Origin: Nitrospirales bacterium
GTDB taxonomy: Bacteria > Nitrospirota > Nitrospiria > Nitrospirales > UBA8639
NCBI GenBank assembly: GCA_965223295.1
Contig: CBDCWC010000003.1
Location: 352,001 to 416,000, forward strand
DNA length: 64,000 nucleotides
Reading direction: 5' to 3'
Part shown: positions 32,726-41,605 of the stretch, in pieces
How the letters are laid out: the number at the start of each line of letters is the position of its first letter
How positions within the stretch are numbered: position 1 is the first letter of the stretch
Notes under the pieces: generated by a model
Told to the model about the DNA's origin: nothing
Databases searched by the model: none
The model's input: only the letters and a program-made list of their open reading frames with translations
Translations under genes and position numbers: made by a program

Positions 32726-33855
32726 ATGTAGTGATTACAGGCCTGGGTGCCATAACTCCACTTGGGGACACTCCAAATGTCCTTTGGGAATCTTTGCTAG
32801 CGAAGAAATGTGCAACACGCGAATGGCCAGATTTAAAACAAGAAGGGTTTCGCAGTACTGCTGCCTGTCGAATTCAAAGTCTAGAGGAAAAAATACAAGG
32901 CCGTGGTCGGCAGATGGCCATTTTGGCAGCCATGCAAGCAATCAACCATTCAAAACTGAAGCTCCGAGAAGATGTTGGAATATTTATTGGAAGCACGATG
33001 GGTGAAAGCGAAGCATTTGAGAAAGCAGCTGAAGGGCACTCTCTGGTTCTGGAAGATGCTGTTGCCAGCGCTTTCCCAAAAGCAGTTCAGGCCGCACTAC
33101 AGATTAAAGGTCCACTCCGGGCATATGGAACAGGATGTGCCGCTGGCAATTATGCCATAGGAGCTGCAGCCGACGCAGTCAGACACGGAATGGTTAAGGC
33201 TGCAATAGCAGGTGGAGTCGAACCTTTTTCACGGATCGCAATGGTAGGCTTCAGCCGATCCCGGGCGATGTCAGACGACTTTTGCCGTCCCTTTGATCAC
33301 CAGCGTCGAGGTATGCAGTTGGGAGAGGCTGCTGCGTTTGTTGTTCTAGAGTTGGAAGACGAGGCAAGGCAACGCAATGCGCTTCCCTTAGCTACGGTCC
33401 AATCCTTGGGTCTATCATGTGATGCATACCATCCTACTGCTCCCAAACCTGATGGAGCAGGGATGGCAACAGCGATGTACCAAGCATGTCACTTGGGCGG
33501 AATAGATCCGCGAGAGGTAGATTGGATCTGCGCTCATGGGAGTGGAACCCAAACTTCTGATTCAGCAGAAGCTCGAGCGATAGAGACCGTCTTTTCTCAT
33601 AAACCCGCCGTTTCAGCTATCAAAGGTGCCCTTGGCCATTCACTTGGCGCATCGACGGCTGTGGAGACTATTGTTACTGCGCTGGCCTTGCGCTACAGAA
33701 TCCTCCCTCCAACAGTCAATCTCCAAAAGATTGATCCAGAGATGAATCTAAATATTATTCAAGAAACCTGCTTAGCTTCAGATTTGAAATGGGCACTTAA
33801 TTGCGGCTATGCCTTTGGTGGAATAAATTCTGCTCTCTTGATGGGGCAAGCATGA
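32722..33855 (+). CDS. Beta-ketoacyl-ACP synthase (FabF-like)
   Basis: VVITGLG, catalytic GCAAG, AHGSGT, KGALGHSLGA, AFGG; GTGA overlap with ACP. Confidence 0.9.
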   Translation: MNVVITGLGAITPLGDTPNVLWESLLAKKCATREWPDLKQEGFRSTAACRIQSLEEKIQGRGRQMAILAAMQAINHSKLKLREDVGIFIGSTMGESEAFEKAAEGHSLVLEDAVASAFPKAVQAALQIKGPLRAYGTGCAAGNYAIGAAADAVRHGMVKAAIAGGVEPFSRIAMVGFSRSRAMSDDFCRPFDHQRRGMQLGEAAAFVVLELEDEARQRNALPLATVQSLGLSCDAYHPTAPKPDGAGMATAMYQACHLGGIDPREVDWICAHGSGTQTSDSAEARAIETVFSHKPAVSAIKGALGHSLGASTAVETIVTALALRYRILPPTVNLQKIDPEMNLNIIQETCLASDLKWALNCGYAFGGINSALLMGQA

Positions 33856-34475
33856 TGCAAGCTTGGATTGCAAATTGGGGCAAAAATAATTGCGAAAAGA
33901 TGCATTTCCCAAAGGCAGCTGATTGGATAGTGGAACAAGTAAAACTCTTGCTACCCAAGCCCCATATCCCAACTCGAACAGGTATTTATGTTGCTACTGA
34001 AGATGTTGGCGCGGAAGCTTCCCAAGGAATGTGGGCCGAATGTTTACAACAAGGAGCTGGTTTCGCAAATCCACGAACTTTCCCTTGGACACTTTCCAGC
34101 AGCATAGCTAGTCATATAGCTATCAATTTGAATATTCAAGGAGCAAGTTACACGATCATAGGGAAAAGTCGTGTAGTAGGCGATATTCTTCAACATGCCT
34201 TGCACGATTTATCCTTCAGAGGTATAGATTGTGCATTACTTGTTGGTTTGGAAATACTTAATAGGACATGTTTCGCAGGAATTTGTTTAACACAATCAAC
34301 TACCCGTCAATCACCTTTACAATTTGAATGGCATAATGAATGTAAGAGTGCTTTTCAAGAAAACGAATCAGCTGCAGAATTATTTGCCAATATATGTTTA
34401 TCGTTAGACAAGAATTGTCCACTTCATTTTGTTAATCCAGAATTAGGATGTATCTTGATCAACCAACGCACTTAA
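33852..34475 (+). CDS. Truncated ketosynthase-like (chain-length-factor-like) protein
   Basis: NPRTFPWTLSSSIASHIAINLNIQG matches KS N-domain pattern; no catalytic Cys motif; ATGA overlap with KS. Confidence 0.6.
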   Translation: MMQAWIANWGKNNCEKMHFPKAADWIVEQVKLLLPKPHIPTRTGIYVATEDVGAEASQGMWAECLQQGAGFANPRTFPWTLSSSIASHIAINLNIQGASYTIIGKSRVVGDILQHALHDLSFRGIDCALLVGLEILNRTCFAGICLTQSTTRQSPLQFEWHNECKSAFQENESAAELFANICLSLDKNCPLHFVNPELGCILINQRT

Positions 34476-34776
34476 GCAAACTCGAATCTGGAGGAATTGG
34501 TCCGAATTTTTCTGTTCTAGACCAATGTCAATCATTCACTCGCTAGCTGAATTCTTTAAAATACGTGGAAGCCTATGATTTCAATCAAGACGCTATTCTC
34601 GCTCCGCGAATGCGGGATTAGATGAGATAGCAGGTTGGGAACCGACTCTCCCTTTTTGTCCCGTGTGCCCATCCACTCGCACACACCATCATGAAACAAG
34701 AGGCTGACCCGATCCGCGACCAAGGGGCCGGGCATACCGCCGCCGGCAAGGTCAACGCTCGCTTGTCGGACAGCAA

Positions 34777-34856
34777 CATCTGGGGATGAATCCTCAAAGA
34801 GGTCTTTGATATGTGGCGATTCTCTCAAAAAGGCCGTGTAAAATTCCTATTCCCAA
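34777..34856 (+). repeat. Module-boundary direct repeat, copy 2
   Basis: CATCTGGGGATGAATCC...TGGCGATTCTCTCAAAAAGGCCGTGTAAAATTCCTATTCCCAA. Confidence 0.8.
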
Positions 34857-34936
34857 CCCCTTTCCATTTTTTGTGGGAGAACATCGGGCTCCCCCACCAC
34901 CTTCGAAAACCACGCCAGCTCATCAAGACTAACTTT

Positions 34937-35300
34937 GGTTGTGTCGCAACAAGTGCTCGAAGACGACGCAATAGCTATTAACCATCGATGTCCCACTACA
35001 AAATGCGTAGAACGGTTCAGTGAGAGTTGGCTTCTTTGTCCCTAGTGTGTACATCTCCACATTCTTAATCATCACCATGACTTCCATTCCCGCTAATGTT
35101 CGTTGGGCTGCATAACAGTCCTCAAATCTCAACATCGTCCGAGTGAGCCGTTTTCTAGGTCAGTAGTTTTGTTCGACAATATTGTTCAGGTATTCGCATT
35201 GGGGGATTCTTATCCGGTTTTAATAGTCTCTATTAACCTGCCGAAGGCCCACATAGATTGGGCTCACATTGATCAATTTCGACCAGCCTTATGATGTCAT
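34937..35300 (-). pseudogene. IS6-family transposase remnant (3' part)
   Basis: QCEYLNNIVEQNY*...TMLRFED...RTLAGMEVM resembles IS6 KYLNNxVEQDHR region; end GGTTGTGTCGCAAC resembles IS6 IR. Confidence 0.7.
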
Positions 35301-35407
35301 TTTACTAAATCGATTTCCTAAAAAAGTGTAAGTCGGCCTTGGCATCTCTTATCGCATCATTATCGAACCCTCCACCAGACGCCCGACTTGCTACCTGAAG
35401 ATCAATT

Positions 35408-35446
35408 TGTATCTGAATAGATAAAAATTGTATCTAAAAAGATACG
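35408..35446. promoter_or_regulatory. Tandem palindromic activator sites (candidate bEBP enhancer)
   Basis: TGTATC-N6-GATAAA and TGTATC-N6-GATACG, 21 bp apart. Confidence 0.5.
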
Positions 35447-35551
35447 AATTTATGGTGCACATTTTGCTTTTCGTCTTCTTCTAGTTACCCGTGTTCCAAT
35501 ATTTTCAAGGCCATGAAACATTCTGAATACAGTTTTTCATTGTTCGCCGGC

Positions 35552-35568
35552 TTGGTATAAGTTCTGCA
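35552..35568 (+). promoter_or_regulatory. Putative sigma-54 (-24/-12) promoter
   Basis: TTGGTATAAGTTCTGCA = GG-N10-GC. Confidence 0.55.
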
Positions 35569-35741
35569 CGTTAAAAGGATCATCTGTTTCCTTCTTTATG
35601 CAAAAGAAAGAAGGGTTCGTGCAAATAGCCCGAAGTATTGTTTCTGATTTTCTAACCTAATTTCCTTTCCAAGACATAATATTTTGTAAATTTTCTCAAA
35701 AAACAATTTTTACATTACCACTTCACTAAAAGGAGGGAGTC

Positions 35742-36272
35742 ATGGACAAAGAATCACAAGAAATCCTAAAGCGAGTCGAGGAGCGATTGACGCGATTAGA
35801 GGCAAGCGCCACAGCGGGCCCAGCGGCAGGCGGATTCGGAGCACCTGGTGGTACGGTAGTTGATCCTGCCCCATGGGGGCCGGGCGGTGGGTTTGTTCCA
35901 CGATGGCCAGTTCCCAATCCAATAGCCGATCCTGCCCCTTGGTGGCCGGGTGGTGGGTTTATTCCACCGCGATGGCCAGTTCCCAATCCAGTAGCCGATC
36001 CCGCCCCATGGCCTCCTGGTGGGTTTGTCCCACGGTGGCCAGTTCCCCCTATTGTGGCTGATCCCGCACCATGGGGTGGCGGCTTTGGCGGCGGCACAAT
36101 TACTCGTCCGCCGATCGGTTCAATCGGTGATCCTCCCCCCATGGACTTGGGCCGGTTAAATCTTGCACAACTTGAATCATCCATGCATTCGATTAATGCT
36201 GAAAAAGCCCGTCTCGACTCCTTGGAGAAACTAATTAACAATCAAATCGGGAAACTCAAGAATCCAGGCTAA
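35742..36272 (+). CDS. Putative multi-core RiPP precursor (DPAPW repeats between two coiled-coil-like segments)
   Basis: AAGGAGG RBS; 4x DPAPW plus DPPPM; 3x PRWPVP; directly upstream of two radical SAM genes. Confidence 0.8.
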   Translation: MDKESQEILKRVEERLTRLEASATAGPAAGGFGAPGGTVVDPAPWGPGGGFVPRWPVPNPIADPAPWWPGGGFIPPRWPVPNPVADPAPWPPGGFVPRWPVPPIVADPAPWGGGFGGGTITRPPIGSIGDPPPMDLGRLNLAQLESSMHSINAEKARLDSLEKLINNQIGKLKNPG

Positions 36273-36449
36273 CATCCACACGGAGATTCGGCTCAGGGCT
36301 CTATCTTCTTGATAGAGCCTGATCCAACATTGCAACTGGAGAGACTCGAGTAAATCTTTCACATACGCACGCTAGAGACACATGTTCATGTGAAACCGCC
36401 GTATACTTAAGTGATTTGATGACCTGTAAGGGAAAGGGATAGGTGTGCT

Positions 36450-38129
36450 ATGCCAACTATGGCGCAAAATCATACGACTAAATCGCGAAAAGTGCTTCTC
36501 ATCGGCTTCCAGGACCAAGACAATCTCGGGTTGCGTTATCTGATGTCTAACATCAATGCTTCGCATCATCAGGCCAGCATCATGACCTACGGTTCCGACC
36601 CTGATCGGATCCTAGAACGAATCCGCCAAGATGAGCCCGATGTCGTCGGATTCTCGCTTATCTTTCAGTATATGGCGCCAGACTTTAGTCAGGTGATCAA
36701 AGCGTTGCGGGAAAAGGGCGTCACTGCACATATCACCATAGGCGGGCACTACGCCAGCTTCGAGCCCAAGGAGATTCTCCGGCAGACTCCTGAACTCAAT
36801 TCCGTGGTCCGATTCGATGGTGAGACCACCCTTGTCAAACTGTTGGATAGCTTGGCCGTTGGCACAGATTGGCGAACCCTTCCGGGGATCGCATTTCGTT
36901 CGGACAACGGCGAAATCACGACTACCCCTCTCGCTCAACCCGTTGAGGACTTGGATACCCTACCCTGGCCAGATCGACAGTCGATAAATTATGAAGGGCA
37001 TTGCATGCCCACGGCTTCAATTCTCGGAAGCCGGGGATGCCCATGGGACTGCTCGTTTTGCAGTATCCGCCCTTTTTACGAGGAACAAGGAGGGAAGCTC
37101 CGTCGTCTACGCAAACCCAGAGCTGTGGTTGACGAAATGATTGATCTCCATAAAAATCGAGGAGTCCCGATTTTCTTATTTCAGGACGATGATTTCCTCG
37201 CAGGAGGAAAGCGAGCGAAACAATGGGCAGTAGACATTGCAGACATCCTCGCAGCCGAGGGTCTAAACGGGGAGATCGCGTTCAAAATCAGTTGCCGCTC
37301 GGACGAAATCGACGAATCGATCATCGAGCAATTAATGAAAGGTGGGCTCACGCACGTGTATATGGGTGTGGAGTCGGGAGACGAACAAGGCCTCCTCAAC
37401 ATGAGCAAGCGGCTAAAACCAGAAGCGCATTTAGAAGCTGGTCGAATCCTAAAGCGTTTGGGGCTATCCTACGACTTCGGCTTCATGTTGATCGATCCCT
37501 ACACAACCTTCGACAGCATTCGCACGAACATCGATTTCTTAGAGGCCTTCATTGGGGACGGCTGGTCGGTCGCGCCATTCTGCCGGATGCTGCCCTATGC
37601 CGGAACACCAATCAAGCGTAAGCTTGAGCAAGAAGGCCGATTGACAGGTACACCATTTGAGCCGGACTACAAACTTCTCGATCCAAAGCTAGATCTGTTT
37701 TACGATTGGATGGTCGAGGCATTTTACGAACGTAATTTCACCAACCAGGGATTGTGCCACATTCTCCGTGGATTACTATTTGAGGCACACCTGCGATTGT
37801 CGACCCGGAACCGAGTGAACGACGCGCAACGCGCCTACATTCACCACCTGACAGCCGTCTGCAACCGGGTTGCATGCTACACACTTCGTTCAGCCATAGA
37901 TTATATTGAGGCCACACCTCTGTCGGAGCTTAAACAGGATCGCCACTATCTAGACGGTTTGGCCGTGCATGAGAAAGAACAGGAAATGAGGCTAAATAAC
38001 GAAGTGGCACAGTACTATGAGTGGGTCCACCAAGATTTCAGCCAGGTACCGGGCCCAGTAGGCAGCTTCGAAAACTCCTGGACGTTTCACAATAATGACC
38101 GTGAAGCGGAAGGAGTGGGAGCAGCCTAA
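36450..38129 (+). CDS. Cobalamin-dependent radical SAM enzyme
   Basis: B12-binding N-domain (NLGLRYL...VGFS...IGGHYAS), SRGCPWDCSFC, MGVESG. Confidence 0.9.
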   Translation: MPTMAQNHTTKSRKVLLIGFQDQDNLGLRYLMSNINASHHQASIMTYGSDPDRILERIRQDEPDVVGFSLIFQYMAPDFSQVIKALREKGVTAHITIGGHYASFEPKEILRQTPELNSVVRFDGETTLVKLLDSLAVGTDWRTLPGIAFRSDNGEITTTPLAQPVEDLDTLPWPDRQSINYEGHCMPTASILGSRGCPWDCSFCSIRPFYEEQGGKLRRLRKPRAVVDEMIDLHKNRGVPIFLFQDDDFLAGGKRAKQWAVDIADILAAEGLNGEIAFKISCRSDEIDESIIEQLMKGGLTHVYMGVESGDEQGLLNMSKRLKPEAHLEAGRILKRLGLSYDFGFMLIDPYTTFDSIRTNIDFLEAFIGDGWSVAPFCRMLPYAGTPIKRKLEQEGRLTGTPFEPDYKLLDPKLDLFYDWMVEAFYERNFTNQGLCHILRGLLFEAHLRLSTRNRVNDAQRAYIHHLTAVCNRVACYTLRSAIDYIEATPLSELKQDRHYLDGLAVHEKEQEMRLNNEVAQYYEWVHQDFSQVPGPVGSFENSWTFHNNDREAEGVGAA

Positions 38130-38210
38130 TGATTCACAATCGTAACCTTCACAGCCGTAACCATATCCACACCAGTAGTTGTCTCATATACTGAGAAATA
38201 CTCACTATCG

Positions 38211-40193
38211 ATGGACGTCCTTCTTGTTTCAATGCCTTTTGCTGAAGTCCAACGGCCTTCCATCGCCTTGGGCTTGCTGCAAGCAACACTGAAGGGATCA
38301 ACTATCACAAGCGAAGTGGTATACGGCAATATCAGATTTGCCGAGTCGATTGGTATAGTGGCGTACCAGGCCATGCAATCGACCCCTACTGATCATCTGC
38401 TCGGGGAATGGTGTTTCGCGGGTGAACTGTTTCGTGAATGCTGGGAACGAGACGAGGAGTACTTAGACCTTGTCCTCAATGTGCGATGCTTCGGTTTTCC
38501 GGCTGAGCTCGAACAACGAAAGGACCTGATACGCTGGGTGCGTGTCCAGAGTACCTCCTACATCGACTCTCTGGCCATGGACATCGTCGCTCGCGAACCC
38601 CGGATCGTTGGATGCAGCTCCGTGTTCCAGCAGCATTGCGCCTCCCTGGCATTACTTAAGCGAATTCGCGAATTGAGCCCAAAAACAGTCACCTTGATGG
38701 GAGGTGCCAATTGTGAAGATGAAATGGGTATCGAAACGCTGAAAATGTTCCCCTGGATAGATTGCGTTGTCTCGGGCGAAAGCGACCACATTTTCTCAGA
38801 GTTATGTCATTTCTTGCTAAATCATGGCCGTAACGTAGACCCTACCGCCCTCCCTTATGGTGCAATACTCCAATCACAGTACAAGCAAAATGGAGAATAC
38901 ACACCAAACACAGGGCCAATACCACGCCCTGTTATCAGTAATCTGGACAGCTTGCCAATACCAGACTACGAATCCTACTTCGCGACCCTCCGTGCGTCAA
39001 CGATTTCGGGAATGGTCAAGCCCGGCTTACTAGCCGAGAGCTCACGCGGTTGTTGGTGGGGTGAAAGATCCCATTGTACATTTTGTGGGTTAAACGGTAC
39101 AGGGATGGGTTTCCGCTCGAAATCACCAAAGCGAATACTCAGCGAGTTGGCCGAACTCACCAGGCGTTATGAAATACACAATGTCCAGTTCGTGGACAAC
39201 ATTCTCGATATGTCCTATCTCAAAACAGTACTGCCATCGTTGGCCGAACTAGATAACCCTTATTCGTTGTTCTACGAGACTAAAGCGAATCTTAAGAGGG
39301 ACCATGTTCAGCTTCTAGCAGACGCAGGCGTGCGATGGATTCAACCTGGCATTGAAAGTCTCAATGATGATCTCCTACGCCTCATTGGAAAAGGTAATTC
39401 TTCTGCCATGAACCTTCAACTCTTGAAGTGGTCCCGTGAGTATGGCATCGACGCATCTTGGAACATGCTTAGCGATATCCCAGGCGGATCAGATATCTGG
39501 TATAAAGAGATGGCAGAATGGTTGCCGGCAATCTTCCATCTACAACCACCAACTGGATTAATTCGAATACGATACGACCGTTTTAGTCCATACCACAAAA
39601 CTCCCCAAGCGTACGGATTGACACTCGTACCAAGTCGTGCCTATCAGTATGTCTACCCATTTCCCCCCGATACATTGATGCGACTGGCGTACTCATTCGA
39701 AAACCACAACCAGGCCGAACATATTCACCGTAGCGTACAAAACCAGCCTGGCCAACAAAAACTTCAGACTGTCATTGAAGAATGGAACGCAAATTGGAAT
39801 TCTTCTCGACCAATACTCCATGTCCATGACGAAGGCACGAAGCTTCGGGTCATTGACACACGCTCCTCTACCCGTGATACCTATTGGACCGCAGGAGAGA
39901 TGGAGGCGTCAGTGTATCGCTTGTGCGACACAGCCCAAACATCCCAAACATTGCTAAAGCAACTGTCCATGCAGTATGAAAGTGAGGTCTCATTCAACGA
40001 CATACAACCAGCAATCGACACCTTATGCAGGGCCCGAGTATTATTGCCCATCAGCGGAAAACTACTGGGTATCGGAATCAACCAACAACAGGTGAAAACG
40101 CAGCCCACATCATCGACGAGAAGTTCGGATGCGCAAACCGTGTATAACTCACAAACACAGCCATTGGTGAGAATCGAACCTGTTACTACGTAA
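38211..40193 (+). CDS. RiPP-maturation cobalamin-dependent radical SAM (TIGR03975-like C-methyltransferase)
   Basis: SMPFA..RPSIALGLL, GGANCE, SRGCWWGERSHCTFCGLNG (CX7CX2C), IQPGIES, DRFSPY. Confidence 0.88.
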   Translation: MDVLLVSMPFAEVQRPSIALGLLQATLKGSTITSEVVYGNIRFAESIGIVAYQAMQSTPTDHLLGEWCFAGELFRECWERDEEYLDLVLNVRCFGFPAELEQRKDLIRWVRVQSTSYIDSLAMDIVAREPRIVGCSSVFQQHCASLALLKRIRELSPKTVTLMGGANCEDEMGIETLKMFPWIDCVVSGESDHIFSELCHFLLNHGRNVDPTALPYGAILQSQYKQNGEYTPNTGPIPRPVISNLDSLPIPDYESYFATLRASTISGMVKPGLLAESSRGCWWGERSHCTFCGLNGTGMGFRSKSPKRILSELAELTRRYEIHNVQFVDNILDMSYLKTVLPSLAELDNPYSLFYETKANLKRDHVQLLADAGVRWIQPGIESLNDDLLRLIGKGNSSAMNLQLLKWSREYGIDASWNMLSDIPGGSDIWYKEMAEWLPAIFHLQPPTGLIRIRYDRFSPYHKTPQAYGLTLVPSRAYQYVYPFPPDTLMRLAYSFENHNQAEHIHRSVQNQPGQQKLQTVIEEWNANWNSSRPILHVHDEGTKLRVIDTRSSTRDTYWTAGEMEASVYRLCDTAQTSQTLLKQLSMQYESEVSFNDIQPAIDTLCRARVLLPISGKLLGIGINQQQVKTQPTSSTRSSDAQTVYNSQTQPLVRIEPVTT

Positions 40194-40240
40194 AGTTGAA
40201 AAACAAAGATCCCCTGGCAAGACCACGGGGAATCGCAAGT

Positions 40241-40307
40241 TGAATCCTCGATGAGGTCTTTGGTCCTTGGCGATTCTCTCAAAAAGGCCTTTTACAACTC
40301 CCATTCC
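40241..40307 (+). repeat. Module-boundary direct repeat, copy 3
   Basis: TGAATCCTCGATGAGGTCTTTGGTCCTTGGCGATTCTCTCAAAAAGGCC. Confidence 0.8.
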
Positions 40308-40529
40308 TGGATGACAAAGGCAGGAAAATCGAATGAGGAGGAAAAACATCAAGACAAAAGAGGCCGCAGACTATCGTTGGTTATCACCCACCGCTCTCAC
40401 GCTTTACTATCCCCTAAAAGAGCCGGTGAATAATTTGTGCGGATTGCCTAAAATGGTCTTCAGAAGACTATCATCAACAGGAGAGAACTGGTCAAAATTG
40501 CATCCAGTAAAGCCGCACCTATTTTGATG

Positions 40530-40633
40530 AGCGGAGCATAAGCTGAGCACGGGAAAATAGCGAGAACGCTACTGGCGGCCTTTGTAGCTTATCGAGTTAC
40601 TCGGGCGGAGTAGGCAACGGCTTTTTTCAACAT
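40530..40633 (-). repeat. Degenerate partial copy of family-B repeat
   Basis: GCGGAGC...TGAGCACGGGAAAATAGCGAGAACGCTACTGGCGGC...GGCTTTTTTCAACA. Confidence 0.5.
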
Positions 40634-40637
40634 TTCT

Positions 40638-41405
40638 TTATGGAGAGGCGGTAATGCGGCTTTTGATCTCATCAAAGGTGGCTTTGGGAATGACATTTTT
40701 AGCCACAAGTTCTCCGCGCAAGCGATAAGGGCGATTCGACACCACTTCTTCAGCCACTTCACGGCTCAATCCTAGTGATAACACCAAATCACTGACGGAA
40801 GCCTGATTGATATTCACTAAATTTGTCGCCACTTTCGGTAGTTTAGGTAAAGTAGCCACCTTTGGTGCTTTGGGTTTAGAAGGTAAGGCAACCTTTGAGG
40901 AGACAGGTGATGAGAGTTTTGGCTTCGAAGCTACAGCATTACGCTTCGTTGACCCAGAGGATGAGGACAGCCCTTCTCTACCCGTAGGATTATTGGACTC
41001 TTTGAGTTCCTTTTTATAGCGCAAGACGGTCTTTTTCAGAGCTGCATTTTGTGACTTCACCTTCTGGTATTGGGCGGTGATCACGCGCAACTTCGCGCTG
41101 AGTTGGGATTTTTCCTGATCTATTTCCCTTTCTCGTGTCTCAAGAAGAGTCTGCTCATTACTCCGCCCCTCTTTTACGCGTTGCAATTCCGCGGTCATCA
41201 TTTCCAAATCTGTAGAAATTTTTTCGTTCAAACCCTTGAGATTTCGGACTTGTTCTTCAAGTGCTTCCTGATGCATCCGCCCCTTTTCTAACTCGGCTTT
41301 AGCCGATTCCATATCAGCCACTGAAGCCTCATAGGTACTTTTCGACACCATACACCCGGGCAGTCCAAGAATCAGCATGATGGCTATCGCAACCCACCTT
41401 GTCAT
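40638..41405 (-). CDS. Putative lipoprotein, coiled coil plus C-terminal helix-hairpin-helix-like domain
   Basis: LGLPGC lipobox-like, heptad region, VNINQAS...NRPY ComEA-like tail. Confidence 0.7.
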   Translation of the reverse strand: MTRWVAIAIMLILGLPGCMVSKSTYEASVADMESAKAELEKGRMHQEALEEQVRNLKGLNEKISTDLEMMTAELQRVKEGRSNEQTLLETREREIDQEKSQLSAKLRVITAQYQKVKSQNAALKKTVLRYKKELKESNNPTGREGLSSSSGSTKRNAVASKPKLSSPVSSKVALPSKPKAPKVATLPKLPKVATNLVNINQASVSDLVLSLGLSREVAEEVVSNRPYRLRGELVAKNVIPKATFDEIKSRITASP

Positions 41406-41605
41406 ATCGACCTCCTCATATCTCTGAACACAGAATAGTCATCCATGAGCATTCAACCTACTTTCAGGTCAGGACTTCGAAACGTCACCTATAACATAAT
41501 GATGTATTGTATCTAGAAGGTTATGTCAAGCCAACAGTTATCAAGAAGCGTGAGGCACTACAAACACGTCTTTCTCTTCCATCCTTACTTCTTACTTTTC
41601 ACGTT

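Noticed and set aside
34556-34828. ORFs starting MRESP (also 39881-40282, 40149-40433)
   Set aside because: Arise from the module-boundary repeat; frames are not conserved among the three copies
35860-36075. Repeats GATCC(T/C)GCCCC as a possible CRISPR array
   Set aside because: Repeats are short and degenerate, the intervening segments are homologous and in frame, and no cas genes are present; this is a coding repeat
35726-36241. 171-aa minus-strand GAGS/GTGHRG repeat ORF
   Set aside because: Antisense of the DPAPW precursor; the + strand has the RBS, operon context and synonymous variation pattern
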